From positions 54,232-118,231 of the forward strand of contig DASRAJ010000029.1 of the NCBI GenBank assembly GCA_035638255.1: a DNA stretch of 64,000 nt, given 5' to 3'. How positions within the stretch are numbered: position 1 is the stretch's first letter; each line of letters starts with the position of its first letter. Under the pieces are notes generated by a model. The model was given only the letters and a program-made list of their open reading frames with translations. It did no database searches and had not been told where the DNA came from. Positions 47,327-55,043 of this stretch are shown piece by piece. The DNA comes from Chitinophagales bacterium. GTDB lineage: Bacteria > Bacteroidota > Bacteroidia > Chitinophagales > UBA10324. A program made the translations under genes and the position numbers.

Positions 47327-47488
47327 CCTCCAGCCGCAATGTAAGTCCCACTCATTCGCACGGTCAAGGTTGAAATGCATTTTCAAAGAAAAATTTTCAA
47401 TGAAAAATATCTGGCTGATTCTAAAATTTTTCTTCGAAAAACCTTGACCCATTGCTTTCGCTCAGACTAAAAGTTGCGGCTTAGGAGG
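47327..47488. repeat. nested imperfect inverted repeat just inside the island's right end
   Basis: The outer arms are cctcc-a-gccgcaa (47,327-47,339) and ttgcggc-tta-ggagg (47,474-47,488). The inner perfect 10-bp arms are ggtcaaggtt (47,362-47,371) and aaccttgacc (47,440-47,449). Confidence 0.5.
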
Positions 47489-47528
47489 AATTTGTAAGGA
47501 TGAGTTTGGATTTACACCGTTGAAGAAA

Positions 47529-48254
47529 TCAATTTGAAAAAACAATCTGTTCCTTCTGTAGAAGACTTAATCCTTTCAATCGCAGAATGAGTTGCGCAAC
47601 AGTAACCACATCGCGCTGACAGTAGCTCACAATTCTATCAAGATTTTTTTCTTGCCAATATACACGCCCAACATCTTTTCCATCAATGTCATCCTTTGGA
47701 GATTCAATGTTCAGAATCAATGCAAGCAGTTTCAAAGAAGTGTAGTGCTTGTAATCTCCAAAGCGCCATAAGTGAAGCGTATCAACTATGTTGAGATCAT
47801 ATTGTTTCTTTCCAGCAATATCGAGAATTGATGGAAGACAAATACCATTGATTAGCATTCTTCGACAGAGAAATGGTATATCAAACTCTCTCACGTTGTG
47901 ACCACAAAATTGAGTATTTGATTTACCGTAATGCTTAGTCATGAGATCACAGAATTCTCCAAGCAGTTTCTTCTCATCGTCACCGGAGAAGGACTTGATA
48001 CGAAATTGATAAGCGCCTCCATTTTCCTTTCGGAAAACTCCGAGTGAAATACAGATCACTTTTCCAAATTCAGCGTAGATACCAGCGTGATTGAAATACT
48101 GATCATTGTCAGTTTCTCCCTCTTGTTTTAGCCGTTCTGATTTTTTCAAATACAATTCTTTCAGACCTTCCGGAACCAAAGTAAACTCAGGAAAGCAAGG
48201 CACTGTTTCAATGTCAATGCACAGTAAGTTTTCGAGTTTAAGATGGTCGAGCAT
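47529..48254 (-). CDS. DnaQ/PolB-exonuclease-like 3'-5' exonuclease (integration target; 3' end supplied by the island)
   Basis: Exo I is LLCIDIETVP, Exo II is FCGHNVREFDIPFL, and Exo III is YCQRDVVTVAQL. I chose the internal Met (MLDHLKLENLL). Codons downstream of ...LHLW (plus-strand 47,529-47,770) are the island-borne copy. Confidence 0.75.
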   Translation of the reverse strand: MLDHLKLENLLCIDIETVPCFPEFTLVPEGLKELYLKKSERLKQEGETDNDQYFNHAGIYAEFGKVICISLGVFRKENGGAYQFRIKSFSGDDEKKLLGEFCDLMTKHYGKSNTQFCGHNVREFDIPFLCRRMLINGICLPSILDIAGKKQYDLNIVDTLHLWRFGDYKHYTSLKLLALILNIESPKDDIDGKDVGRVYWQEKNLDRIVSYCQRDVVTVAQLILRLKGLSLLQKEQIVFSN

Positions 48255-48310
48255 AAAAGACAGGATGAAAATACATAGTCTCAAATTATTTATCAGAGAA
48301 AAAGTTCAAG

Positions 48311-48345
48311 AAAAAAAGCTCGACACAAAATAGTGATCGAGCTTT
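48311..48345 (-). terminator. rho-independent terminator after the ArdC-like gene
   Basis: On the minus strand: aaagctcga-(13-nt loop)-tcgagcttt followed by a run of 7 T. Confidence 0.6.
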
Positions 48346-48375
48346 GAATTGTCCTCATGGCAGTGAGGGACATGG

Positions 48376-49305
48376 CTACTTTTCATCCTTTTCTTCAGCA
48401 GATTCTTTCTCTTCGAACTTCACGTTCAAGATAAAGTCCGTTGCTTTTTGCGCATGCGAGCTTGCAGAAAGAATGAACTTCTTGTCATTGCGCAATCTCT
48501 CAAGCCATCCTTGAATGTATGATGCATTTCGGTCAAACTCTGTCGTAATAATTCCTGCAAGACATTCCAGGTAGCACGCTCCAATCTCCGCGACAAGTTC
48601 TTCATGCGAGTAACGTTCAAATCCAAACTCTGACATTTGAATGAGAGTACTTCGGTTTAACCGAGTATGATGACCTGTGCTATGCACCAGCTCATGAAAC
48701 AAGGTGGCATAATAACTTTCATCACTCTTGAATGTTTCTTTCTTCGGCATGTTTACGAAATCAGAGAGCGGGTGATAGTATGCTCTGTTTTCCTTATGTC
48801 GGATCAAAGGTTTTTGTGGCATGCGTTCAACAATCTCCTCACAAGCTGGAATGGGATACGCTTGTCGCGTCACCGGCTTGATGAACATTTCAGGAATGTC
48901 GTTGCACTGTGCAACGTTGAAGACTTTGTAATAGCGGAGAAATGGTGTTCGCGCTTTTCCATTTGACTTTCCATTGCCATTTGCTTTTTCGTCGTCATTC
49001 TTTTCAATGTAATTCCAATAGACAACGATGTGAGCCTTCTCATCCTTCCTTACTGAGCCACCAAACTCTTTCAGTTGTTTGTACGTGAGAAAGTAATTTT
49101 CAGAATACCCAAGTGAAGCAAGTAACCAGACATTGATTCCACGATACGCTCTTTTTGAGATCAAGTTTTGTGGAAGTCCGGCTTTGGTCCAGGGTTGTTG
49201 CCAAGGCACCGTACCTTTTTCAAGTTGTGCAATGATTTGTTCCGTGACGATTTCGTACACGTCATGCTTTGCTGCATTCGCAGCAGGAGTTGCTGTGTTG
49301 TTCAT
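48376..49305 (-). CDS. ArdC-like antirestriction protein (DUF1738 ssDNA-binding N-domain + zincin metalloprotease C-domain)
   Basis: 309 aa. GTVPWQQPW...YRGINVWLL is the ArdC/DUF1738 N-terminal pattern. FHELVHSTGH is the HExxH metalloprotease motif. Confidence 0.8.
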   Translation of the reverse strand: MNNTATPAANAAKHDVYEIVTEQIIAQLEKGTVPWQQPWTKAGLPQNLISKRAYRGINVWLLASLGYSENYFLTYKQLKEFGGSVRKDEKAHIVVYWNYIEKNDDEKANGNGKSNGKARTPFLRYYKVFNVAQCNDIPEMFIKPVTRQAYPIPACEEIVERMPQKPLIRHKENRAYYHPLSDFVNMPKKETFKSDESYYATLFHELVHSTGHHTRLNRSTLIQMSEFGFERYSHEELVAEIGACYLECLAGIITTEFDRNASYIQGWLERLRNDKKFILSASSHAQKATDFILNVKFEEKESAEEKDEK

Positions 49306-49521
49306 GATGTGATTGTTTAATTGTGAAAGAATGTTCTTATCACAGTGTGACAGAACATGAATGGAGAAGTAAGGAGGGAGAAATTGCTACTTGTGGCAAG
49401 TCATATTTGCCGTGTGATTTCTGCATTAAAGTTTTCTGCCTGAAACTTTTTTACATTCACTGTTTCAATTTCATGTTGCGGTAATGCTAAACGACATCAT
49501 AATCTTTAAACCAAACATAAA

Positions 49522-49869
49522 ATGAAACCATTTGCTTTTCAATTCAAAGAAATACCGACAAAGGAAAACCTTGACTATTCCCTAATCGAGTACGATGAAC
49601 AATTCAATCTAAGTGTTATCAAAACCACGCGACAACCAGCCATCGACACATTAACGATGGACACCGAGACCTTTACCAAAGCTCAAGGGGAGAGTTCTGA
49701 CTCCGATGACGATGGAATACGAATACTTATGGATACAACAACAGCAACTTATTCTCCTCCGGTTGGGAAGGAGGATTCAGATAGTGACAGCGAAAGAGGG
49801 AATATTCAATCCCTAATGGACACGACGACAATAACTGAATCAAGAGAAGATGTTGACCAAGACAGATAA
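49522..49869 (+). CDS. graspetide (omega-ester RiPP) precursor peptide with three core repeats
   Basis: 115 aa. The leader MKPFAFQFKE resembles the PFFARFL-type leader recognised by microviridin-class ATP-grasp ligases. Three Thr-rich/acid-rich repeats begin at 49,651 (LTMDTETFTKAQGESSDSDDD), 49,723 (ILMDTTTATYSPPVGKEDSDSDSE) and 49,810 (SLMDTTTITESREDVDQD). The gene lies directly upstream of an ATP-grasp gene. Confidence 0.65.
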   Translation: MKPFAFQFKEIPTKENLDYSLIEYDEQFNLSVIKTTRQPAIDTLTMDTETFTKAQGESSDSDDDGIRILMDTTTATYSPPVGKEDSDSDSERGNIQSLMDTTTITESREDVDQDR

Positions 49870-49873
49870 GCGT

Positions 49874-50791
49874 ATGATATTAATTATTACTCATAAGACA
49901 GATTTCACAGCTGACTTTGTAATTAACAAGCTCAATCAAAAAGGAATTAGTTACAAGAGATTTAATTGTGAGGATTTGTTTTTATCTTCTTTCACAGTAA
50001 AGCTCAATGGCTCATTTCAATACTCTATACTTGGAGAGACAAAATACAAGTCTGTATGGTTTAGAAGAACAAAACTTCCTGAAATAAAAAATTTATCCAA
50101 TGAGGAGCGGCTTTATATTTTAAATGAAACAGATAATTTTTTTAAAAACCTTTTTTCATCACTACCTGCTAAGTGGTTAAGTCAACCTAATGCTGTTTAT
50201 TGTGCTGAAAATAAATTTTTGCAACTTAAACTCGCTAAACAAATTGGATTTGTAATCCCCAAAACAATAATTACCAACTCCAAAACTCAATTAAAGGTAT
50301 TTTACGAAGAAAATAATAAGAACATTATCATCAAACCTATCTCACAAACACGAGTTCAGTATAAGGAAAATTCTGAGTTCATCTTTACAAGCAGTGTTTC
50401 GCAAATCCTTATTCAAGAAATCGAGATGTATGATTTAACGCCTTGTATCTTTCAAGAAAATATTCCAAAAGAATATGAGATTAGGGTGACCATTGTAGGC
50501 GAAGAAATATTTGCAGCAGCAGTTTATTCCCAAAAAGATATCGAAACAAAAACTGATTGGAGAAAGAAAAAATTAAAGTTTGTAGAAATGAAATTACCTA
50601 TTGAAATTGAGCAATTATGCTTGCTGTTGGTGAAAAAACTAAATCTTGAATTTGGCGCAATTGACTTAATAAAAACTCCTGACGGTACGTATGTTTTCTT
50701 GGAGATAAATCCTAATGGACAATGGGTATGGATTGAAAGTCAAACAGGTCAAAAGATTTCTGAGGCAATAATTAACTTTCTTTCAAACTAA
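49874..50791 (+). CDS. ATP-grasp peptide maturase (MvdC/MvdD-like macrocyclase)
   Basis: MILIITHKTDFTADFVINKLNQKGISYKRFNCEDL is the typical opening of RiPP ATP-grasp ligases. IIIKP...(K), E-x-R-V-T-I-V-G and GAIDLIKTPDGTYVFLEINPNGQW are ATP-grasp core motifs. I chose the ATG at 49,874, 4 nt after the precursor stop. Confidence 0.75.
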   Translation: MILIITHKTDFTADFVINKLNQKGISYKRFNCEDLFLSSFTVKLNGSFQYSILGETKYKSVWFRRTKLPEIKNLSNEERLYILNETDNFFKNLFSSLPAKWLSQPNAVYCAENKFLQLKLAKQIGFVIPKTIITNSKTQLKVFYEENNKNIIIKPISQTRVQYKENSEFIFTSSVSQILIQEIEMYDLTPCIFQENIPKEYEIRVTIVGEEIFAAAVYSQKDIETKTDWRKKKLKFVEMKLPIEIEQLCLLLVKKLNLEFGAIDLIKTPDGTYVFLEINPNGQWVWIESQTGQKISEAIINFLSN

Positions 50792-50795
50792 AGAA

Positions 50796-51551
50796 ATGAA
50801 AAAAATAGTTAATTATGTCGGACTTTGGATCGAGAAGGATGTTTCAAATCCTTACACTTATAATATAAATGATTACAAAACAATAGATGAAAAGAAAATT
50901 AAAGCACATAAAGGGCTATTAAAAGCACTTGAAAAAAAGGAAGATGACCGGCTAACAATAATTGATTCAAAGACTTCCCAAATCGTAACTTACACGGGAA
51001 TAATTTTTTCAGCGTTAAGTTTATTTATTCCAATTCTTTTGGATAAGATTTCTGACCATAGTTTATTTGCTCGGATAATTTTCATAATAGTTTTGGTTTT
51101 CGCTTTTCTATTTTATGTTTTGACAATCCATAACGCCATTCGCAATTACAACATTGGTAAGTTTCATTATAGTCGGTCAGATCCAAACAATGTTATTAAA
51201 TATCAAGACAAATCTGAGAGTGAATTCACAAATATTGAAATAAAAGATTTGTTATACAGTTACAATCAAAACTCAAAAACAAACGATGAAAAAGCAAATA
51301 ATTTAATTTATGCCTATAGAGCATTTAGGATTGCAAACGCAATGACAGCAATTATAGGTGCTTTAATTTGTAGTTCCTTACTATTTGCAAAACCGAAAGA
51401 GGAAGACATTAATATTAAAAACCCTATACAAATTCAAAATTTTGACTCTACTGCAAAAGCAATTATCAAAACTATAAAAGAGCAAAATAATTTTAATAAA
51501 TTTGATACTACACAACAACAGGACAGCCTGAAGCACTACCTACAACATTAG
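50796..51551 (+). CDS. membrane protein (3-4 TM) of unknown function, downstream of the ATP-grasp gene
   Basis: 251 aa. Hydrophobic segments: IVTYTGIIFSALSLFIPILL, IIFIIVLVFAFLFYVLTI, AMTAIIGALICSSLLFA. It begins 4 nt after the ATP-grasp stop. Confidence 0.5.
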   Translation: MKKIVNYVGLWIEKDVSNPYTYNINDYKTIDEKKIKAHKGLLKALEKKEDDRLTIIDSKTSQIVTYTGIIFSALSLFIPILLDKISDHSLFARIIFIIVLVFAFLFYVLTIHNAIRNYNIGKFHYSRSDPNNVIKYQDKSESEFTNIEIKDLLYSYNQNSKTNDEKANNLIYAYRAFRIANAMTAIIGALICSSLLFAKPKEEDINIKNPIQIQNFDSTAKAIIKTIKEQNNFNKFDTTQQQDSLKHYLQH

Positions 51552-51615
51552 CTTGTCGACAATGCCGAGCACGACGTAGCAAAACTTTTGGTGGAGTTAC
51601 GTGATTTTCGTTAGG

Positions 51616-51641
51616 AAAAAAGCAACCATATGGTTGCTTTT
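51616..51641. terminator. bidirectional hairpin terminator between convergent genes
   Basis: This is a perfect palindrome, aaaaagcaacca-ta-tggttgctttt, with A-run/T-run flanks. Confidence 0.7.
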
Positions 51642-51651
51642 GAGCGATAGA

Positions 51652-52437
51652 TCAAAAAAATTCTAGTTGGGACCCGAGAGGATTTCCTTTGCCCCACTCG
51701 TATTCTTTAGGTGGCTTCCCTTCAGTGATCTCATTCGAATTATTGTTGCTTGTTTTGTTATTCACCAAATGCCATAAGAGCGACTTCTCCTTTTCTTCAA
51801 TGCGAAAGATTCCAAAGGGCAGGAATGAAACAAGGTAACTACCTCTGAATTCATTGGGGAGAAGTGCGTTTGCACACATGACTTCAGAATTGAAAATGCC
51901 GCTCAAGAAAAGATTGAGAGCTGACATCTTTACGCAAGTGAGATCAATATCAATTCCATAGTACTCATGTTTCTTCTCACTTGAATGTGCGGCAACCATA
52001 AGCATTCTGCCACTGCCACAGGCAGGATCAAGAATACGCATGGGTCTTTCTTCAGCAATTTTTTGGGCTTCGCCAATGGCAATGCGTGCCATGAATTCAC
52101 AAATTGGATACGGAGTGAAAAATTGGGAAAGCCCTTGCTTCTGAAGTCGTGCTTCATAGAATTCTCCGAGCACATCAGTACCTTCTTTGCTTAGCATTCG
52201 CTCTGTCATTTCAAGAGTGAGAGTTGCAAACATTTTGGGAAAGTTGTGTCGAAGATCATCATCCTTGTATCTCGCAATTATTTTGAGATACAAATCTTCA
52301 TCGTATGAGAGTCCGGTGAGTACATTTCTTCCGCATGAAGCAACGCTCATGGTGAGAAAATCATCAAAGACAGTTGAGAGATCGTAATGATACTGGAATG
52401 AATCAATGAGAGATGCGAAGGTTTCTTTTGTTTTCAT
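51652..52437 (-). CDS. N6-adenine DNA methyltransferase-like protein (HsdM/N6_Mtase-type N-terminal motifs; catalytic NPPF/Y not evident)
   Basis: 261 aa. It has QFFTP (motif X), ILDPACGSGRMLM (motif I), YGIDID and MSALNLFLSG. The expected (N/D)PP(F/Y) is replaced by SFLPFG, and no target-recognition domain is present. Confidence 0.6.
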   Translation of the reverse strand: MKTKETFASLIDSFQYHYDLSTVFDDFLTMSVASCGRNVLTGLSYDEDLYLKIIARYKDDDLRHNFPKMFATLTLEMTERMLSKEGTDVLGEFYEARLQKQGLSQFFTPYPICEFMARIAIGEAQKIAEERPMRILDPACGSGRMLMVAAHSSEKKHEYYGIDIDLTCVKMSALNLFLSGIFNSEVMCANALLPNEFRGSYLVSFLPFGIFRIEEKEKSLLWHLVNNKTSNNNSNEITEGKPPKEYEWGKGNPLGSQLEFF

Positions 52438-52563
52438 AAAGAACAGTTTTGTCTTTATGAAATCGTAGCATTTTCACAGGTACATTTTCAATGCTATCAA
52501 CCATCCGCTCAAATAGAATTCTGGAAACTTTTCTATCATTGCAATGCCATTTTTGATATTGCC

Positions 52564-53289
52564 ATGAACACATTCAATCTAAATGAACTCGTAATTGAGA
52601 CTGATGATGGAAGTCAAAACTTGGTTGACTATTCAACAAAGAGCAGTCGATCCTCCGGCGATAACGTCGAGGTCATTTTCAAAAATCTTGAATCAAGATT
52701 GATTGAAGTCATAGAGCAATTTGAAGACGGCGCAATATTCGGATGCATTGCATGGCTAACTTCAAAACCAATTTTGAAAGCACTGTCGAAGTGCGATATT
52801 GTACAGATTGTTGTTCAGAAAGAAGACTTTCTAAGACCTGACTTTAACATTAAGAATATCAATACCTGGAAGAGGGATTTACGATTGCTCTATTCACAAT
52901 TGAAGTGCAATATGGAGCGATACCAATTCAGAGAGCCAATCGGTCACTTATCAGTTTGCGGCGATCCTATTGTTCAGGCAATTCGATGTGTCGGAAATCA
53001 CAACTTTGAAAAACAATCTGCATTTCCCAGATCGCACCATAAATTTTTAGTGTTCTGTAAAATGGATGAGAAAGGAAATTATTTTCCTGTTACAGTATGG
53101 ACGGGATCATTCAACTTAACTTTTAATGCCACACAGTCCTTTGAGAATGCTATCATCCTTTCAGATCAATCAGGTGAGAACCAAATTATCAATGCTTATC
53201 TGCAGGAGCATCATCAAATCTTTGCTCTATCAGAGCAATTGAATTGGGAAAGTGAATGGTCTGCACCGGAGTTTCGAATTGGCACTTGA
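52564..53289 (+). CDS. PLD-family (Nuc/BfiI-like) nuclease-like protein
   Basis: 241 aa. SHHKFLVFCK (H-x-K) is followed by TGSFNLTFNA (G-S-x-N), approximating a single HKD motif. Confidence 0.55.
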   Translation: MNTFNLNELVIETDDGSQNLVDYSTKSSRSSGDNVEVIFKNLESRLIEVIEQFEDGAIFGCIAWLTSKPILKALSKCDIVQIVVQKEDFLRPDFNIKNINTWKRDLRLLYSQLKCNMERYQFREPIGHLSVCGDPIVQAIRCVGNHNFEKQSAFPRSHHKFLVFCKMDEKGNYFPVTVWTGSFNLTFNATQSFENAIILSDQSGENQIINAYLQEHHQIFALSEQLNWESEWSAPEFRIGT

Positions 53290-53296
53290 ACAATGA

Positions 53297-53776
53297 TCAA
53301 AGTTCATTTTCGATTTCGCACCATTTGACAACTGCAATCGCTTCAAACGTTCTTTCATAGTAGCTGTGCCGGTTATTAATTTCTTTGAGGTAGGTTTTTC
53401 TTAATTCAGGATAACGCTCAGCAATTTGCTCCATGAATGAATTCTTATTGTGACTTTTGATTGCAAGTCCAAGTTTCACAGTAGGAAGAGAGTAATTGTG
53501 CAGCTCAATTTTTTTCTCGATTGCTTGTTTTATGTTTTCATGCAGATGATTTAATCGTTTTGAAGCTTTCAGTGGGTCCGACGTCTTCAGGGCAACATGG
53601 CTTACAGAATAATACTCTATCAGTTTCTCAATGAAAAAGTGAATTGCTTTTTCTTTGTCCTTAGACCAACGCTTTTTGAATGTTCTTACTCGATGCTCAA
53701 CCAATTCTCCGTCACGCAGGATAGCGATCCCAATCAATTTCGTTCCGAGACTAATTCCTAAAATGGTTGACGCCAT
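53297..53776 (-). CDS. RNase H-fold (RuvC/YqgF-like) protein with substituted first acidic residue
   Basis: MASTILGISLGTKLIGIAIL mirrors the ILGID-x-G-x-x-x-G opening of RuvC-like folds but has Ser where Asp is expected. The rest is unassigned. Confidence 0.3.
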   Translation of the reverse strand: MASTILGISLGTKLIGIAILRDGELVEHRVRTFKKRWSKDKEKAIHFFIEKLIEYYSVSHVALKTSDPLKASKRLNHLHENIKQAIEKKIELHNYSLPTVKLGLAIKSHNKNSFMEQIAERYPELRKTYLKEINNRHSYYERTFEAIAVVKWCEIENEL

Positions 53777-53981
53777 GTTCTTTGACGAGGTAAGTGAATA
53801 AGGCACCCCGAGTTCGTTTGATCTTATTGTCCGGGATCGACATTACCCGAAGCAGAATTCGTTTCAGAAAATCTTCCTGATATTTCTGTACGAACATGAT
53901 GTACATGCCCATTGCCTCTTTGTCATTCAAAGCAGAGGCGAGTTCATACGCTAACCTGTTGTCATTTTGTTGTTGTTCCAT
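53751..53981 (-). CDS. small hypothetical protein
   Basis: The probable start is the internal Met (MEQQQNDNRLAYELASAL...) of the 142-aa track ORF. No motif recognised. Confidence 0.3.
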   Translation of the reverse strand: MEQQQNDNRLAYELASALNDKEAMGMYIMFVQKYQEDFLKRILLRVMSIPDNKIKRTRGALFTYLVKEHGVNHFRN

Positions 53982-54246
53982 ATGATAGTTGCTATAAGTG
54001 GTAACTGATAATTCCTCGATCGTAATAATTTCTTTAAAGAAATTATTCGCTTTTCGATTAGTCGAATATCGAGCGAGTGAAATTTTTTTTCGCCGAGTTT
54101 TTCCACAGAAATTTTCTGTGAAATCAAGGTGCGAGACGCAAGAAAGAAGCAGCAATTGAGAGTTGCAGATAAAAAACATAATTCAATTTTGCATTCCGTC
54201 ATCATGCATCAATGCTTTCAAGATGAAAGAAAGTTTTTTGCTTCAG

Positions 54247-54534
54247 CTATTTTTTGTCAGTGATTTTTTTGTTCAGCATCTCCAGTTTCTTTTTTCGCAA
54301 TCTGTTTTGAATGTCACTCCAGAGATCGCCGTAGAACTGATTTGGAATAGTGCTATAGAGAAAGCTGAGTTCAAACATGTGTTCCCAACTTGGAATGCTC
54401 GTACCATTCTCCCAACGAGAAATGCAGCTGGCAGATTTTAACCCGAGCATGTCTGCAACTTCTTTTTGAGAGAAGCCCATACGCTTGCGATACTTTTTCA
54501 GATTATTTGGAATGTGCGACTTCACATCACTCAT
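54247..54534 (-). CDS. XRE-family helix-turn-helix transcriptional regulator
   Basis: 95 aa. LKKYRKRMGFSQKEVADMLGLKSASCISRWENG is a canonical HTH_3/Cro-C1 motif. Confidence 0.8.
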   Translation of the reverse strand: MSDVKSHIPNNLKKYRKRMGFSQKEVADMLGLKSASCISRWENGTSIPSWEHMFELSFLYSTIPNQFYGDLWSDIQNRLRKKKLEMLNKKITDKK

Positions 54535-54620
54535 AAATAAAAATTAGCACAGTAATATTTATAGGAAAGGAGGGAAAAAATGCTGCGCGTAGCAACCTTA
54601 GTGAATAAACTATACACCAC

Positions 54621-54649
54621 TTGACAACACACTTCTATTATGCTACAAT
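54621..54649 (+). promoter_or_regulatory. canonical sigma70-type promoter TTGACA-17 nt-TACAAT
   Basis: ttgaca (54,621-54,626), a 17-nt spacer, then tacaat (54,644-54,649). It points toward the small gene at 54,745, in the divergent region next to the XRE repressor. Confidence 0.4.
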
Positions 54650-54744
54650 AGGGTCAACTTTCAAATAGCATTCTCGCGCGTGAGACGTTATTAGCAATGA
54701 CGGCTATTTCCAAGTTGCCTTATCAGATCATATGAAAAACCACA

Positions 54745-54954
54745 ATGAAAAAATCACAATCAACAAAGTCAATACAATTGCCACGCTTTACTCGTACAGA
54801 AATCAAAAAAGCTTTTCAGTGGATTAATAACCTTAAGCCGGAAGAGAAAATACAGTTTGAGCTTTTAGCGCGAGTGGAACTTGCACAAAAACTGATGAAA
54901 GAATATCTTTGGCAGCAGAAGGGTAAGCGAACAGAGAAGAGAAAGCAAAAGTAA
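54745..54954 (+). CDS. small basic hypothetical protein
   Basis: 69-aa ORF, divergent from the XRE gene and followed by a terminator hairpin. Confidence 0.4.
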   Translation: MKKSQSTKSIQLPRFTRTEIKKAFQWINNLKPEEKIQFELLARVELAQKLMKEYLWQQKGKRTEKRKQK

Positions 54955-54962
54955 TGTGTCAG

Positions 54963-54990
54963 AACAGCCGATTCATTTCGGCTGTTTCTG
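54963..54990 (+). terminator. rho-independent terminator
   Basis: aacagccga-ttcatt-tcggctgtt followed by tctgttt. Confidence 0.6.
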
Positions 54991-55043
54991 TTTACAGCAA
55001 TGATGAAGGCGTTTGCAGTTTCATTTCAATTAACAAGCAAAGC

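Larger units (their letters stand above)
27949..47770. mobile_element. ~19.8-kb integrated genomic island (serine-recombinase type) inserted in the 3' end of the exonuclease gene
   Basis: The recombinase sits at the left end. Both junctions share ccaaa[a/g]cgccata (27,936-27,948 and 47,758-47,770). The right end carries a diverged replacement copy of the target gene's 3' end. The cargo is markedly more AT-rich than the chromosome to the left. Confidence 0.7.

Noticed and set aside
27949-47770. Prophage.
   Set aside because: There are no terminase, portal, capsid, tail or lysis genes. The content is recombinase plus defence-like and stress-type cargo, so I called it a genomic island.
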